Origin: a virus
Strand: one strand, 5' to 3'
Virus record (IMG/VR): IMGVR_UViG_3300045283_000397
Coordinates: 1-64,000 of that record
DNA length: 64,000 bases
The notes beneath the pieces were generated by a model, which saw only the letters and a program-made list of their open reading frames with translations, made no database searches and was not told the DNA's origin. Numbering within the stretch: position 1 is the first letter of the stretch; the number at the start of each line of letters is the position of its first letter. Below, in pieces: positions 9,648 to 17,642 of the stretch. Both the position numbers and the translations under genes were made by a program.

Positions 9648-10514
9648 TCATTCGGCGGCTATCGATGCGGCGCGGCGCGAGCGGGCCAGGGTTAGGGCGA
9701 GCTCGGCGATGGCCGGGGGGCTGAAGGAGCGCACGCAGTTGCCGTGGCCGAGGGGGCAATCCCAATAGGTGGTGGGCGCCGTGAAGCGCGACTCGCACCC
9801 GCCGCAGCCCAGCGGGGTGGGGATTATATGGGTGGGCACGTCGTTAGGGCGCTCGTGGACGACGTGCTCGGGGTGGGCCATGGTCGTCATGGCGATTACC
9901 GGGGTGCTCGTTGTTTGCGCCAGGATCATGGGGCCGGACTCGGAGCAGATGAAGCAGTCGGCGGAGGCGATAAGGGCGGCTTGGCCCGCGAGCGGAAGCT
10001 TGGAGCGCATGTCGCGCACATTGGTAAGCCCATCGTGGTCTTGGTAGGTGCCCGTGACCACGACATTGAGGTTTTGGGCCGTGAGTAAATCGACCAATTG
10101 CTGCCAAAACTCCAGCGGCAGAGTGCGGATGGGCCAGTTGCGGCAAGGATGGATGACGATCGTGCCGGGGGCCGGGGGGGCTTCGGGGTATTTGAAGTGG
10201 AGGTGGTGCGGAGTGTCTTGATCACCGAAGGCGACCTCGGAATAGGCGTCGATGGGATGTAGCTGGCGCAGCCGGTTCTCGAAGGCCATGTTGAGATCGA
10301 TTTCGCGCGAGTAAGTCAGGTTAGATGAAGGCGAGGCGCCGGCAACGTCGGGGTTGGCCCAGAAGACCTGGGGGTAGGCGGTCTCGACCCATATTTCGTG
10401 GCGCGGGTTCTCCTGGCGCAGGCGGCGGATGATCGGGGTAGTCTCCAGTACGTCGCCCAGCGCGCCGGTGCGCCGGACGAGGATAGATGGGGGTGAAGAA
10501 TGGATGATGGTCAC
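9648..10514 (-). CDS. Glycosyltransferase family 9 (heptosyltransferase-like)
   Basis: RTGALGDVLETTPIIRRLR, ADCFICSESGPM, and a C-terminal C..C...C...C motif. Confidence 0.85.
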   Translation of the reverse strand: MTIIHSSPPSILVRRTGALGDVLETTPIIRRLRQENPRHEIWVETAYPQVFWANPDVAGASPSSNLTYSREIDLNMAFENRLRQLHPIDAYSEVAFGDQDTPHHLHFKYPEAPPAPGTIVIHPCRNWPIRTLPLEFWQQLVDLLTAQNLNVVVTGTYQDHDGLTNVRDMRSKLPLAGQAALIASADCFICSESGPMILAQTTSTPVIAMTTMAHPEHVVHERPNDVPTHIIPTPLGCGGCESRFTAPTTYWDCPLGHGNCVRSFSPPAIAELALTLARSRRAASIAAE

Positions 10515-10713
10515 TCCTGCACCTCCAGCAAATCCATAGCCTTGCGGCGCGCGTGGTGCTCATCGGCCATGCCCAGCGCGTAACCGGCCCAGAGCAGAAA
10601 GCGCGGGTCCATGCCAGCTACATCGTCTGGCGGATTAGGTGCGCGCTTGCGGCCCTTGATGAAGTCGTCGTAGCCGCGCTTGAGCGCAAAGGGCCAGTCG
10701 GAGTGGTCGGCCA

Positions 10714-11214
10714 TTACTTCTTGGGCTTGTTGCTGGGGCCGAAAATGCTCTCCATGAGACCCGGCTTGGCTGGCTCGGGGGCCGGGAGGATGGTGGGCGC
10801 GGAGCGGTGCCCCATGGCGCGGTCGGTGGCGGCCTTGTCCTCGGCTGCGCGCGCGGCGGTAGTCTTGTCGCGCGCGGCGCGGTCCTCGTCCATGCGCTTA
10901 TTGATGCGCGCGGTCTCGGCCTGGCTGGCTTCAGCGCGCGCGGTGGCGGCCTTCTGCTCTTCCGCCCTTACGGCGGGGTCTTCCAACTTCATGGCCTCAT
11001 GCAATCTTGCGCCGGTTTCGGCCAGGCGCGCGAGGTGGTCGGTCAGGATGACCGCGCCGTTGGAATAGACCGAGTGGGCCTCGGCCGTGACGCGCGCGAG
11101 GTTGTCGCGCGCGGGGCCGGGGGGCGTCTTACCAGGGACCAGCAGGGCGTCGGCCTGGGCGAGCAAGTCGCGCATGCCGGCGTCGGCATTGGCGTAGTCG
11201 GCGGGGCTGGACAT
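10714..11214 (-). CDS. Hypothetical Ala-rich coiled-coil protein
   Basis: ORF with SD GAGG and phage-typical codon usage. Confidence 0.55.
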   Translation of the reverse strand: MSSPADYANADAGMRDLLAQADALLVPGKTPPGPARDNLARVTAEAHSVYSNGAVILTDHLARLAETGARLHEAMKLEDPAVRAEEQKAATARAEASQAETARINKRMDEDRAARDKTTAARAAEDKAATDRAMGHRSAPTILPAPEPAKPGLMESIFGPSNKPKK

Positions 11215-11219
11215 GGTCT

Positions 11220-12245
11220 TTATTCCTCTCCTAGGGGTCCATTCTTACCTTGTGCCTTACGCGCGGCCCATTGGGCCTTGGCGCGTTGGCGAGCCGCTTC
11301 TACATATTCTGGAGTGCGACAGGCAGCGCGGATGTTCTGATTTTTCTCTGGAACTGGTTCCAGTTTCCTTATTCTTCTCTCTTCTGCCCGGCGCGCGGAT
11401 ATCTCGGCACTTTGACGCCGCAAACGGGCCAGAAATCTCTCCCGATACTCCGGGTCATTTTCCATTTTCTCAGCCGCCTTAAGGGAAGCGGCCTTGGCTT
11501 GACGGCCCAAGCGCTCGTCACGCACGGCCCTTTTCTCGGGGTCATCTATACAAATCTGGCGCGCCTTATCGGAGGCAGCTTTCAACCAGCCGCGCTTACG
11601 TTCCTGGTATTCCATGTCCTCGTGCCAGCGCCGATGAGCCTTGGATACGTTATTCAACACAATGGCTCTTAACTCTGCCGCCCGCACCGGGTCATTCCAC
11701 TGCTCATGCGCAATAGCTATGGCGGTTAAGGCTTGGGCTACCCCGGCTGCGCGCTTAACCGGATCGTTCCAGCGTGCTTCGCGTTTGCGCTGCAAGTTAG
11801 CTCGATATTCGGGATCTTCTTTCCATTTACGGCGCGTAGACGCATGTGCCAACGGTAGCAAGAAAGCAATACGCTCAGCGCGCTCTTGTTCAGACAGATC
11901 GGCCCAGCGCGCCTTCATAACCGCCGACATATACGGGCTCGTGATCGCAAGAGACTTATGCGGAAGCAAAAGATTATAGCCGAATTCCCTAAGGTGAGAT
12001 TGCTTTTCTTCTATCCAATACAGTTCTCTAATCCATCGCAACTTAGCATCGCATTCTTCGATAAAGTCCCAAAGGAAATTTTCCTGACCGTATTTGTTCC
12101 ACGCATTTTGAAAATGTCGATTGCCATGCACTCCGCGTTCTAAACTCAATATGTGAGATTTTATACGGCCCAGTTTATTTAATGTAGAACCAATGTAGTG
12201 CTTATTGTTGATGGCGTTCCGCGCGGAATAAATGAAGGCTCGCAT
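11220..12245 (-). CDS. Free-standing GIY-YIG homing endonuclease with a repeated helical C-terminus
   Basis: FIY...HYIGS...R...H...H.N...Q.AWNKYG...E...GYN. Confidence 0.85.
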   Translation of the reverse strand: MRAFIYSARNAINNKHYIGSTLNKLGRIKSHILSLERGVHGNRHFQNAWNKYGQENFLWDFIEECDAKLRWIRELYWIEEKQSHLREFGYNLLLPHKSLAITSPYMSAVMKARWADLSEQERAERIAFLLPLAHASTRRKWKEDPEYRANLQRKREARWNDPVKRAAGVAQALTAIAIAHEQWNDPVRAAELRAIVLNNVSKAHRRWHEDMEYQERKRGWLKAASDKARQICIDDPEKRAVRDERLGRQAKAASLKAAEKMENDPEYRERFLARLRRQSAEISARRAEERRIRKLEPVPEKNQNIRAACRTPEYVEAARQRAKAQWAARKAQGKNGPLGEE

Positions 12246-12254
12246 TTGGGTTCC

Positions 12255-12298
12255 TCCCCCGAGGAAAAGAGCATAACTCCTTCCTCGGGGGAAGTAAA
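12255..12298 (-). promoter_or_regulatory. Promoter overlapping an RBS-sequestering hairpin upstream of the endonuclease
   Basis: Perfect 12-bp inverted repeat 12255-12266 / 12281-12292. TTTACT(12298-12293)-N17-TATGCT(12275-12270). Confidence 0.65.
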
Positions 12299-12311
12299 GG
12301 CTGGGCTGGTC

Positions 12312-15300
12312 TTAAGCTGTTAAGACACCTTGCAGAAAGGCGTTGCTTAACGTCATATTTCCTGCCCACCCAATAAGCCTGCAATTTGTTTAACTACCAG
12401 AGTTTTAAATCTGGCTTCTCCCTGTCACCAGGGAGTTCGGACTATATCTTCACCCCTTGCGGGGGCCGGGCACTCGTGGGTGCATTATTGTTGGGACTCA
12501 GCACCTAGTCTCTACGCCTTCTGCCGAACCTTGTGGCCCTCGGCAGCTTGGCACGGGATTGTCTCTTGCGAGAGGTTCCCCGTTTAACCCGGTTTAGCTA
12601 TGTGTTTGTTACCAAACACCCATGACCAAGCTAATTAAACGATCATGGCGTCTTGATTGACTGAAAATCTGTCAGGGTCAAGCGGACGATTTGTTATTTG
12701 TCCCTGGCTCTTTATCCAAGGCGCCTGCGCGTTGCCGCGCAGATCGGACTATATCTTCAGGCTTGCCAACCGTATGGAGCAACTCGCTGCTTTCCAGCAT
12801 TAAGTTGAACCATTGATCAAACCAAGTCTGTCGGGCGCTCGTGGGCCGATTATCGTTGGAACTCACGGCCTAGTCTCTACGCCTTCCGCCGAACCCTTGT
12901 GGTCCTCGGCGGCTTGGCACGGTATTGTCTCTTGCGAGGGTTTCACCGTATTCACCCAATTGTCTAATGCAGCGTTGCCACTGCACGAGGCTCTGCTCGA
13001 ACCATGTTGCGCCTGGAGTGAGGTCTCCAGTGCAAGTAACGAGTGTTAAGCATATACATAGTGGTGCTGGGTGCACCGCCCACCGCCGACGTAGACGAAG
13101 ACAGCTGGGGCGGCAGCGGGTCGGCGGCGAAGCCCTGGAAGCCGCCGTCGAGCACCACGTCGGCGTTGAGGTACTTGAGGGATTGGAATCCGGCCTCGGC
13201 CATGTCCGGGGCCGCATTCTCGGTCTGGATGCGCTGGATCGCTTGCAGCGCATTCAGGTAATACTTGTACATCACGTTGTCAGCGATGATCAAGTCCGGG
13301 TAGTCGCGCCCGCGGATGAGCGTGACCCAGAGCGAGTCCATCTGCTGGAGGATGGTCGAGCTGGAAAGCACTGCCCCGCCGTTGGTGGCGGCGGACCAGG
13401 ACTGGTTCTGCCAGAAGGACCACTGCGAGCGATCGATGCCGCCGACAGTGCCGCTAGTCGGCGTGGCGGCGACGAGGAGTTGCAGTCCGCCGACGGAGTT
13501 GGTCACGGTTCCGTCGCCGTAGATGCCCTGGGAGAGGCCGTTCATGAAGGTATCCTCTGCGTTCATGATTCGGCTCTCAAGGAGATCTATGATTGCCTCC
13601 TCTCCGCTATTTTGCAACTCTTCCAATCCGCTGATGCTAACGGCGACTGCCGCTTGGCGAATTGGATATTCGGCTGCGGTAAATACCTGAGAGGGAGCGA
13701 TGTTCAACGTCTGGTAGCCGCTGTCAATTATTTGTTAGTGCGCTGGCTTTTTATCCGGCGCTCCTGCACGTTGCCGCGCAGATCAGCACATATCTTCGGT
13801 TTATTAGCTACCGTCGGGCGCTCGTGGGCGGATTATCGTTGGGTCTCACCGCCTGTGCGTTACACCTTCCGCAGCACCTAACGCCCGCTACGGCTCGGCT
13901 CGGTATTGTCCCCGTTTATTGGGGAGATTCACCGAATTCACCCGATTAAGTGGCACAGCAAATATTTGCTAACCACTGGAAGGTTTGATTGTCCGCATAA
14001 TTAAGCTCCTGGACGATCGTCCTTCCGCCTCCGAATGTTTTGCAGTTTTGTTACCCCTGCGCATTAGCCGGGGGACTAACTTATCAGTTAGCCTCTGCGC
14101 GTTGCCGCGCAGCTCGGAGCACATCTTCCCTTCCGGGGCTGGTCCATGCTCTCTACACGCGCCAGGGCCTGTAAGCCCAGCTTGGCTCGGTATTGCCCGC
14201 GTGGGGCTTCCACCGAATTCACCAGCATCCCACCACGCCCTTGTACTGCGCGGCGGCCCCCTAATTAGAGGTTGCCCTTGCGGGTCAGTCGGAGTAGTGC
14301 AGCGTTGTTGCGCTTTTGTTATCGCGCGGGCTTTTTATCCCGCGCATCAATGACTTCATTTTCGCCATTGCTCAGACTATCTTATTAAGCCGACGTAATT
14401 CACGGGCTCTGCGCTTACCTTCGCTTATCTTTCTACCATGGTCTGCGGGCACGCCATTGCGCCAACGACCTGCGGTGCGCGAAGCTTCTATGCCAGCTCG
14501 GGTGGCTTCTTTGGTGAAATCGAAGGAAATCTTGTACGTGTTATAGAGCAAGCCCTTTTCCTCGTACACCTTCATCCACCTTAATTCAGCCGCGCGTTTT
14601 TGAGGCGCCGTTGGGTATAACTCCCCCAGATCCTCCAAGAGGATCATTTTAAACGCCTGCTCGCCATAGCGAACCCAATCTTTCTGAAGTTCCGGTTCAG
14701 CGTGCCCGCCAGCTCTTAGCGTGCACCTATGTTCACGAAACCTCTTCGCGATCAAGCTAGCTATTGTTTTATTATATTTACGCTGGGCTGTTTTTCTGCC
14801 ACCAGTGCAACCAACATAGACTTTATTCGTGATCGTATTCAAAAGTCCGTAAACTACTGCCATTCGGGATCCCCCTCTCTGGCTAGACGACTTACTGGGC
14901 GCTCGTGGCGGGGTTATTCTTTCGTCACCCGCTAGTCGTTACACCCACCATAGCCCTGAAGCTTACCTCGCCTCGTAGGCGAAATAAAGGCTTTACGTCT
15001 ATGGCTCGGCTCGGTGTTGGCGTCTCAGCGTCCACCGAATTCACCCAGTTTTACATGAGCCGCATTCAACTCATGTTGTCAGCCAACTCGCCCGTGCGAT
15101 TTCTGAGCGTGGTGGTGACAATTTCGGAGCAGTCTTTGTTACACCCCCAGTCAGGGGCGGCCCGCTAGGGGCTCTGCATGTCCCCATGCAGCTCGGAGCA
15201 CCTCACGCCTTCCGGCGACGGCCCATGCTCTCTACACGCGCCAGAGCCCTTGTGGAGCTCAGCTTGGCTCGGGATTGCCCGTTCTGGGCTTCCCCCGACT

Positions 15301-15370
15301 TCGCCGTCATCCCGGCGCACCCTTTTAGCTGCGCGCCGGCCCTCTCCGCAAGAAGGTTCGGGAAAGCCAT
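12312..15370 (-). CDS. Major capsid protein (podovirus type), 343 aa, seven exons: 15370-15354, 15129-15069, 14312-14269, 14042-13972, 13724-13001, 12686-12642, 12381-12312
   Basis: SD AGGAGG then ATG. The joined exons total 1032 nt with no internal stop: MAFPNLSEIVTTTLRNRTGELADNMSRNNAALLRLTRKGNLKTFGGGRTIVQELNYADNQTFQWYSGYQTLNIAPSQVFTAAEY...SISGLEELQNSG...RPHSRRNMVPLDPDRFSVNQDAMIRLIGWAGNMTLSNAFLQGVLTA*. Located downstream of portal and scaffold. Confidence 0.9.
12382..12641 (-). ncRNA. Group I intron 6 (260 nt, no ORF)
   Basis: Exon ends CCAUGAU and pairs with IGS GUCAUGG (U.G). P7 GAGACUA/AAGAUAUAGUCC. Terminal G. Confidence 0.88.
12687..13000 (-). ncRNA. Group I intron 5 (314 nt, no ORF)
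   Basis: 5' splice site after AUGGU. GGGUGAAUACGGUGAA, AAUACCGUGCCAAGC, GAGACUA/AAGAUAUAGUCC. Terminal G. Confidence 0.88.
13725..13971 (-). ncRNA. Group I intron 4 (247 nt, no ORF)
   Basis: P1 AGUGGU/GCCACU. GGGUGAAUUCGGUGAA, AAUACCGAGCCGAGC. Variant P7 GCACA/UGUGC. Terminal G. Confidence 0.87.
14043..14268 (-). ncRNA. Group I intron 3 (226 nt, no ORF)
   Basis: P1 CCU|CUA..UAGGGG. GGUGAAUUCGGUGGAA, AAUACCGAGCCAAGC. Variant P7 GAGCA/UGCUC. Terminal G. Confidence 0.85.
14313..15068 (-). mobile_element. Group I intron 2 (756 nt) carrying a GIY-YIG endonuclease
   Basis: P1 CAUGAGU/GCUCAUG, core P and Q elements, P7 GACUA/UAGUC, ORF in the P8 loop, terminal G. Confidence 0.9.
14372..14863 (-). 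CDS. Intron-encoded GIY-YIG homing endonuclease
   Basis: VVYGLLNTITNKVYVGCT...RF.EH...LQKDW..YG...E...LYN. Confidence 0.85.
   Translation of the reverse strand: MAVVYGLLNTITNKVYVGCTGGRKTAQRKYNKTIASLIAKRFREHRCTLRAGGHAEPELQKDWVRYGEQAFKMILLEDLGELYPTAPQKRAAELRWMKVYEEKGLLYNTYKISFDFTKEATRAGIEASRTAGRWRNGVPADHGRKISEGKRRARELRRLNKIV
15130..15353 (-). ncRNA. Group I intron 1 (224 nt, no ORF)
   Basis: P1 CCU|UCU..AGAGGG. AAUCCCGAGCCAAGC. Variant P7 GAGCA/UGCUC. Terminal G. Splicing restores MAFPNL-SEIV. Confidence 0.85.
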
Positions 15371-15552
15371 CCGGCTTCCTCCTTTTTGCTAGTCCATCCA
15401 ACCCAGCCCCACCCCGGCCAACGCCCGCCCACCCCCTCTGTCGAGGGAGACATCGCGGGCCAAGCACTCGGGATCTTTAGCTGGGCTTCTGCGGCTACGC
15501 CCTTGTGGGGCCGCCCGCCGCGAGGCTCTTGTCTCTCTTGTAAAGGGACAAA

Positions 15553-15819
15553 TCAAACCGGCTCTCGGTTAAAATGGAAAATAACTCCAGGCTTCCAATC
15601 GAACAGATCGCCCTTATTACGAGGCACCCCGGCAAACTGCGCCATCTTCCTATTATAACCACTCTCGGTCATTTGTTGATGGCCAGCGCGCCGCGACAAA
15701 TGACCATCAGCCTTAACCCAGAAGGCAAAATCCTTAAAATCAGACATATGCCAACGCGGACGCAACCTAACGACTTCTAGCTTTTGCGCCGCCGTCAATT
15801 TCTTCCATTCAACAAACAT
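15553..15819 (-). CDS. Hypothetical protein
   Basis: ORF in a run of small genes between scaffold and MCP. Confidence 0.5.
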   Translation of the reverse strand: MFVEWKKLTAAQKLEVVRLRPRWHMSDFKDFAFWVKADGHLSRRAGHQQMTESGYNRKMAQFAGVPRNKGDLFDWKPGVIFHFNREPV

Positions 15820-15837
15820 TGTATGCCTATCCAGTTG

Positions 15838-16173
15838 TTACCCACTGACGCTACCCGTCGTACCGTATTTGATCCGTGCGTACCTCTCTGAACGCTTAGC
15901 TAAGCAATCCTCAAATCCCTGCCGGTACGCAAGGTCTATCGGTTCTGTGAGGTCGATTAGGTCACGTTGGGGCATCCTCACCTTATCGTGCATTGCTCTT
16001 ACGTCAGCTTCGGCCGTCAACAACGCACCGCAACGGGCATTTGCCTCTCGTTTCCCTACTTCGTCGCCAGCAACAATGTCTTTGAGGCAAGCTGCTCCCT
16101 CTTTTGAAAGCAGGCTCGCCGCCGCCAAGACGCACGCTCGCCATCCTCTGACCCAAGCATCGTCCAGCGTCAT
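15838..16173 (-). CDS. Hypothetical protein
   Basis: ORF track; SD-like GGGGG upstream. Confidence 0.5.
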   Translation of the reverse strand: MTLDDAWVRGWRACVLAAASLLSKEGAACLKDIVAGDEVGKREANARCGALLTAEADVRAMHDKVRMPQRDLIDLTEPIDLAYRQGFEDCLAKRSERYARIKYGTTGSVSG

Positions 16174-16234
16174 GATGTACTATCCCCCCGGTTCAACACC
16201 AACACCGATAGATCGAATTCATGCCACGCGCCGA

Positions 16235-16576
16235 CTATAGCTTATCATGCTCCCCCAGCACCTCCAACGGTGCGGGCTTCCTTAGCCGCTCAACTACCGT
16301 ATAGCTCTCACGGTCCAAATACCCGCCCCACTCGCCCACTACCCAACGTACCAGCGCCGCCTTAAACCCCTCATCCTCCGGCCCATATGCGGCATTCTCC
16401 AGCAACGCCTGGGCGGTCAAAAGCGATTGCATTAGCTGCGCATCGCGCTCATCATATGTGCTTGGGGGCACGTATTTACCAGAACCCTCATATTGCTTGC
16501 GGTAAGCTACCAACTTAGCCTGGCCGCCCCAGACATGCTCATTGATAATCTCGCGCGCCGACCTAGCCATCGCCAT
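16235..16576 (-). CDS. Hypothetical protein
   Basis: ORF track; coupled to the upstream small ORF. Confidence 0.5.
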   Translation of the reverse strand: MAMARSAREIINEHVWGGQAKLVAYRKQYEGSGKYVPPSTYDERDAQLMQSLLTAQALLENAAYGPEDEGFKAALVRWVVGEWGGYLDRESYTVVERLRKPAPLEVLGEHDKL

Positions 16577-16750
16577 TCCCCCCGGTCACATCGTCGGGGT
16601 CAAAGTCCGGCGCGTACCATGGCCGGGGGTGTGGCATCTCCCCCCGCTCACGTTGAGCGCGACGCAGCGCCGCCAAGCGGCGACGCGCTTCGGCCCGCAC
16701 ATCGATCGGCTTAAAACGCGGGCGACGGCCATCGCCCAAGGCGTTGTGCT

Positions 16751-17047
16751 TCACTGCAACTGCCTCCCCGGCTCGCGCTCCTCGCCCGCCCCGCAATCGC
16801 ACTCACTCAATTCCCTATACCAAGCATCGCGTAACTCGGCGCTGCGGAAGAACATGAAGCCTTCCAGGCACCCGCGCGAGGCCAGCGCCTTGACGGACAC
16901 AACCGTTATCTCGCTGATGCCCTCTCCCGACCAGGGCACCGTTTCCATGAGGTAGTGCTCCGCGCCCACGCGCGCGAGCACCGCGCCCTTATAGGCGCCC
17001 TCCTCGTCCAGATGCAAAAAGCTCATACCCACCAGATCCTCGGCCAT
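16751..17047 (-). CDS. Hypothetical protein
   Basis: ORF with SD AGGAG. Confidence 0.55.
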   Translation of the reverse strand: MAEDLVGMSFLHLDEEGAYKGAVLARVGAEHYLMETVPWSGEGISEITVVSVKALASRGCLEGFMFFRSAELRDAWYRELSECDCGAGEEREPGRQLQ

Positions 17048-17212
17048 CGCTCATCTCCTAAATTACGTGCGGGTCGATCGAATTGACGGCCAATGAGCAA
17101 ATCTAATCATGGAGGAAGCCGATCCGATCTTTCGTTGACCCGAGGCCCGCACTCCCCGGGCGAGGTACCCTCCTCCATGTAAAATCTAACCCCGCGCGCG
17201 GGCGCGCGCTAC

Positions 17213-17641
17213 CTAGCTGCTGGGCATCGGCGCAAAGAAGCAACGCCGCGAGCCATCCGGGCGCTTGCAGCGCCAATAAGCACCGTCGGGTGAAGGCTGC
17301 GTCTCGGCGAAGGGCACGGTTTCTACGCGCAGCCCCGGGTCCTCGGCTGGTGCGCGCGAAAAGGGTACCGCTGACACGACCGGCGCAAATGGCCGAAATG
17401 GATCAAGGGGCTTACCGGATTTCGACAGCAACAACCGGTAGCCGTTGCGTGTTTCTTTCACATGACGTTTCGGGATTTCAAAGCAATCGCCCTCGCCGCA
17501 GCACCATTCCCCGGCCACATTCCTCAGCTCCCCCCGGCTAATCCAGCTATCGTGCGAGTGCGTTTGGCGCGAAATGGCCAGCAGCGCGAGAGTGGCCAGC
17601 AACACCGCCAATATCAATGGCCCGATGCGCCAGCCATCCAC
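17213..17641 (-). CDS. Secreted Cys-containing hypothetical protein
   Basis: Hydrophobic N-terminus followed by WCCGEGDC...YWRC...RCFFAP. Confidence 0.6.
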   Translation of the reverse strand: MDGWRIGPLILAVLLATLALLAISRQTHSHDSWISRGELRNVAGEWCCGEGDCFEIPKRHVKETRNGYRLLLSKSGKPLDPFRPFAPVVSAVPFSRAPAEDPGLRVETVPFAETQPSPDGAYWRCKRPDGSRRCFFAPMPSS

Positions 17642-17642
17642 G

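Noticed and set aside
12964-13707. 247-aa ORF as a complete or pseudogenised capsid gene
   Set aside because: It is essentially exon 5 with read-through into intron 5; splicing restores the full protein.
12382-15353. Repeated motifs as CRISPR repeats, tRNAs, group II introns or MITEs
   Set aside because: They match group I P/Q/R/S elements with U| and G| boundaries. There is no regular spacing, cloverleaf, GUGYG start or terminal inverted repeat.
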